The notes below the pieces were generated by a model, which worked only from the letters and a program-made list of their open reading frames with translations, did no database searches and was not told where the DNA came from. DNA of 64,000 bases from Candidatus Woesearchaeota archaeon (lineage in GTDB: Archaea > Nanobdellota > Nanobdellia > Pacearchaeales > GW2011-AR1), in assembly GCA_964466575.1 (NCBI GenBank), contig CAYXNP010000003.1:21543-85542 (forward strand), in the 5' to 3' direction. How positions within the stretch are numbered: position 1 is the first letter of the stretch; each line of letters begins with the position of its first letter. A program made the position numbers and the translations under genes. Below are positions 61,354 to 64,000 of the stretch, piece by piece.

Positions 61354-61971
61354 ATGAATTTATTATCAAGATTGGCGTTAACTGGAATTGCTTCTTTAGT
61401 TTTATGTGGTGGAGGTTCTGAAGCAAAATCTAATGTTGATGAAGCGTTTAATAAGGATTATCTTAAAGAAGTTTTTTCAAATCCTATAGAAATTCCAAGA
61501 GATTATAGAAGAAAACTTGGAGATAATTGGCAGGAGCAAATTCTTGGAGAAGGTTTTGATTCCCCTTATCAGATAGAAATTCAGGAAGCTACAAAAGAAA
61601 ATTATTTTGGAGGAAGTGAAAATGGTCTACAATATCAAGTTCCGAGGAAAGATGGAAATTCTGTAAGGATTCAATTTAAAATAAATTATATGGGAGCTTT
61701 AACGCCGGATGAAATGAAGAAATTTATGGAGCATTTACAGAACCTTCAGAGATTAAATAAAGAAACTTTAAGAAAACTAATTGAAGAAAGTGATAGAGAC
61801 GCTTATAGGAATTTTGGAAGCATTCCTTTGGAGAGGGGAGATTTATATGGGAGAGTTTTGAGACCCAGCACAGGAGAAAATAAAACTGAAATTGATGTTT
61901 GGAAAGATTTTTGGGATAATGCTTTTAAAAATTTAAATAAACCGGAAGTTATTGATTTGAGAGGAAGATAG
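61354..61971 (+). CDS. secreted (lipoprotein-like signal) hypothetical protein
   Basis: N-terminal LTGIASLVLCGGGSEA. No recognised domain. Confidence 0.5.
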   Translation: MNLLSRLALTGIASLVLCGGGSEAKSNVDEAFNKDYLKEVFSNPIEIPRDYRRKLGDNWQEQILGEGFDSPYQIEIQEATKENYFGGSENGLQYQVPRKDGNSVRIQFKINYMGALTPDEMKKFMEHLQNLQRLNKETLRKLIEESDRDAYRNFGSIPLERGDLYGRVLRPSTGENKTEIDVWKDFWDNAFKNLNKPEVIDLRGR

Positions 61972-61980
61972 GGAATAGTG

Positions 61981-62456
61981 TGTAAGCAACTGAAATATGT
62001 TAATAGCTAACCGAAGAATTACTTCAACTCGCGCCCACACTCGAACTCATTATTCTTCAAAATTGTCTACTCGTGTAAACTCTTGCACTTCGTTCGAAAA
62101 TTAATTACGACTTCAAATCTGTAAGGCACTGGGGGCACCAAGGTTCCCCTTACACTAACCTCTCCTTTGAGTTAGCTTGACAATCAACCTCCATTAAACT
62201 TGCAGGATTTTCCGCCGAGAAAAGATGATAACAACATCTAATCTAAGGGAAAGTGTGTGAGAGAAAACCGCAGGTTGTCTTCATTCTTGATTAACAATTT
62301 CTTAGTGAAGAGCCTAAGCCGAGCGTTTACGTTTTGACCAATAGATAAATAATAACAAAACGTGGGCGCGAGTTGAAGCAAGGCTCGAAGCAATTAATTT
62401 TTGCGAAGCAAGAAAATTTACACATAAAAAAGGGGACATATGTCATGGTCTTATAC
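61981..62456. mobile_element. 476-bp composite repeat element flanked by a perfect 16-bp direct repeat (AAGATAGGGAATAGTG at 61965-61980 and 62457-62472)
   Basis: The duplication was read directly. The element contains a B-like module (62028-), the 22297-22335-type module, a B copy (62320-62372, reverse complement) and a right end homologous to the 18067 TIR. Confidence 0.8.
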
Positions 62457-62507
62457 AAGATAGGGAATAGTGGAAAGGTTTTTAATATAGTTCTTTGATG
62501 TTACCTG

Positions 62508-62909
62508 ATGAAATATAAAATTACGAGAAAAAAGGCAAGACATCTTGGTGCTATCAATCATACTAGGTCACAAGCTAATTGGGTGAGGGTTCATGAGTGG
62601 TTGATGGGAACACAGGAAGGGCACAAGGTTGGGTATGAAAAGGCATTTTATGATTATTATTATGGGAATGACAATCATCTAAATGGTGGAGGGCCCTCTG
62701 CTGAATTTAGAGACCATGTTTCTGAAAGGGGTTTAACTTGGGAACAAGAGCATAATGTTTGGTATTATTATACTCGATTAGAGCCTGCGTTAAGATTGGA
62801 ATATTTGAGAACAGGGCAAGAAAGATGGGCATTTACTAAAATTGAAAAATGGGCATCAGAAGGTTTGTTGAAATATAGGCCTCTACCAGAATTTGGGATG
62901 ACTTTTTGA
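62508..62909 (+). CDS. hypothetical protein
   Basis: ORF only; W/Y/H/G-rich. Confidence 0.45.
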   Translation: MKYKITRKKARHLGAINHTRSQANWVRVHEWLMGTQEGHKVGYEKAFYDYYYGNDNHLNGGGPSAEFRDHVSERGLTWEQEHNVWYYYTRLEPALRLEYLRTGQERWAFTKIEKWASEGLLKYRPLPEFGMTF

Positions 62910-62950
62910 TTTTGGATATAATAAGTCCATCTAGGATCTTAACATCTTTA

Positions 62951-63011
62951 TAATTAATTTGCCTGCTCCAAAGTCGCAAGTTATTGATGCTCATAAATCC
63001 CGCTTCGCTTG
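62951..63011. repeat. family H repeat, second copy
   Basis: Aligns with 52033-52103. Confidence 0.6.
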
Positions 63012-63160
63012 GATTTCTTCGTAAAAACGGTTTAAGACGAAAATCCTGACAGGGTCGGATTTGAGTTATTTATTCATGAGCCTGTGAATGCAAATGTTAA
63101 GTTAGCAATTTGACTTTACAGAATATAAATCTTTAAATAATCTTATTTCTATTTGTTGAT

Positions 63161-63409
63161 ATGGGAAGTTCAGTTGAAGAAATTGTTATTGGAGATTTAT
63201 TTCCTGAGTTGAAAGCTCCTAAAATTAAAGATTTTGGAATTCATATTGATTCATTAGCAGATGATGTCGCATCTGAATTAAAATATGCATTTCGTAATTA
63301 TCTTACTGGCACCGCTATAAATCATGCATCTGATGAGGGTAGAGATGTGGTGTGTGTTGATGATATAAATTGGGCGTATAGACAACTTGTTCCTGAAAAG
63401 AGAGATTGA
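63161..63409 (+). CDS. small hypothetical protein, possibly histone-fold-like
   Basis: ..DDVASELKYAFRNYLTGTAINHASDEGRDVVCVDDINWAYRQL loosely fits the histone-fold helix2-loop-helix3 pattern. Weak. Confidence 0.3.
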   Translation: MGSSVEEIVIGDLFPELKAPKIKDFGIHIDSLADDVASELKYAFRNYLTGTAINHASDEGRDVVCVDDINWAYRQLVPEKRD

Positions 63410-64000
63410 TTATTCTACTATTCCTTTTATTCTTCTCACGCCAGCAGCGACAGATTCTTCTTTTGTTATTTTGAATTTACCGATTTCACTTGTGTTTGAG
63501 ACATGAGGGCCTGTGCATATTTCTTTGCTGAAATTACCGACGCTGAAAACAGTAACTTTGTTTGGATATTTGCTTCCGAATTCTGCTTGCGCGCCTGATT
63601 TGAGAGCTTCTTTTAATGAGAGCTCTTCTGATGTGACAGGAAGTGCTTGTTTTATTTTTTCATTGACAAGAGTTTCAATTTTATTTTTTTCTTCGTCGGT
63701 AAGTTTTCTGTCAAAGTTAAAATCGAAACGCAATCTTTCAGGAGTTATGTTAGAGCCTTTTTGCTTGACTTGTGGGCCGAGAACTTTTCTTAGAGATTCA
63801 TTAAGAAGATGAGTCGCTGTGTGGAGTTTTTTTGTTTTTTCGCTGTTATCTGATAAACCGGATTTGAATCTTCCAGCAGAAGATGTTTGTGAAAGTTTTT
63901 GATGATTATTAAGTTCATTTCTAAAATCGTGGTGGTTTACTAAGAATCCCTTTATTATCGCAAGTTCATCTATCATTTCAAGTGGGAAGCCATATGATTG
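63410..64000 (-). CDS. alaS: alanyl-tRNA synthetase, C-terminal part (editing domain); continues beyond the window end
   Basis: HTATHLLNESLRKVLGPQVKQKGSNITPERLRFDF, GAQAEFGSKYP, FSKEICTGPHV and GVRRIKGI. The frame stays open to position 64000. Confidence 0.85.
   Translation of the reverse strand, partial: QSYGFPLEMIDELAIIKGFLVNHHDFRNELNNHQKLSQTSSAGRFKSGLSDNSEKTKKLHTATHLLNESLRKVLGPQVKQKGSNITPERLRFDFNFDRKLTDEEKNKIETLVNEKIKQALPVTSEELSLKEALKSGAQAEFGSKYPNKVTVFSVGNFSKEICTGPHVSNTSEIGKFKITKEESVAAGVRRIKGIVE

Overview
The window is visibly AT-rich and gene-dense, and looks like a chromosomal segment of a small-genome archaeon. A DPANN-type lineage is my inference from three things: archaeal information genes, a bacterial-type LeuRS, and giant surface proteins.

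Housekeeping content:
- Translation and secretion: SRP54, FtsY, aIF2-alpha, LeuRS, GlyRS, partial AlaRS.
- Ribosomal and RNP proteins: S15, S3Ae, L44e, S8e, S17e, Nop10, Sm-like protein.
- RNA processing: RNase Z, tRNA-splicing endonuclease.
- Transcription, replication and repair: TFB, RecJ-like DHH protein, GINS-like protein, EndoQ-like nuclease.
- Other: Bud32 kinase, NDK, ApgM, HIT, NUDIX, M29 aminopeptidase.
- Eight tRNAs, three of them with canonical 37/38 introns.

About 20 kb encodes secreted or membrane-anchored proteins. These include a translationally coupled operon (small RHH-like ORF, 626-aa pilin-signal protein, 1972-aa giant protein) and a GH114 hydrolase next to a 1309-aa LamG/Ig-repeat adhesin. 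There are also three toxin-antitoxin-like pairs, two VKOR homologues and a free-standing LAGLIDADG endonuclease.

Most unusual observations:
1. An RBBP9/YdeN-type serine-hydrolase domain is inserted in-frame into LeuRS at the entry of the editing domain.
2. There is a very dense, modular population of short MITE-like repeats whose cores are richer in G+C and carry C-tracts. They fill intergenic DNA, sit beside partial duplications of four or five tRNA genes and of one gene start, and lie in-frame inside essential genes (EndoQ, GlyRS, Bud32, FtsY, the Nop10 3' end, and the N-terminus of the giant ORF).
3. The giant-protein operon carries a Tyr/Asn/Ser/Gly low-complexity segment.

No rRNA and no CRISPR array were seen. 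All calls come from manual reading of the sequence and ORF track; no searches were run.
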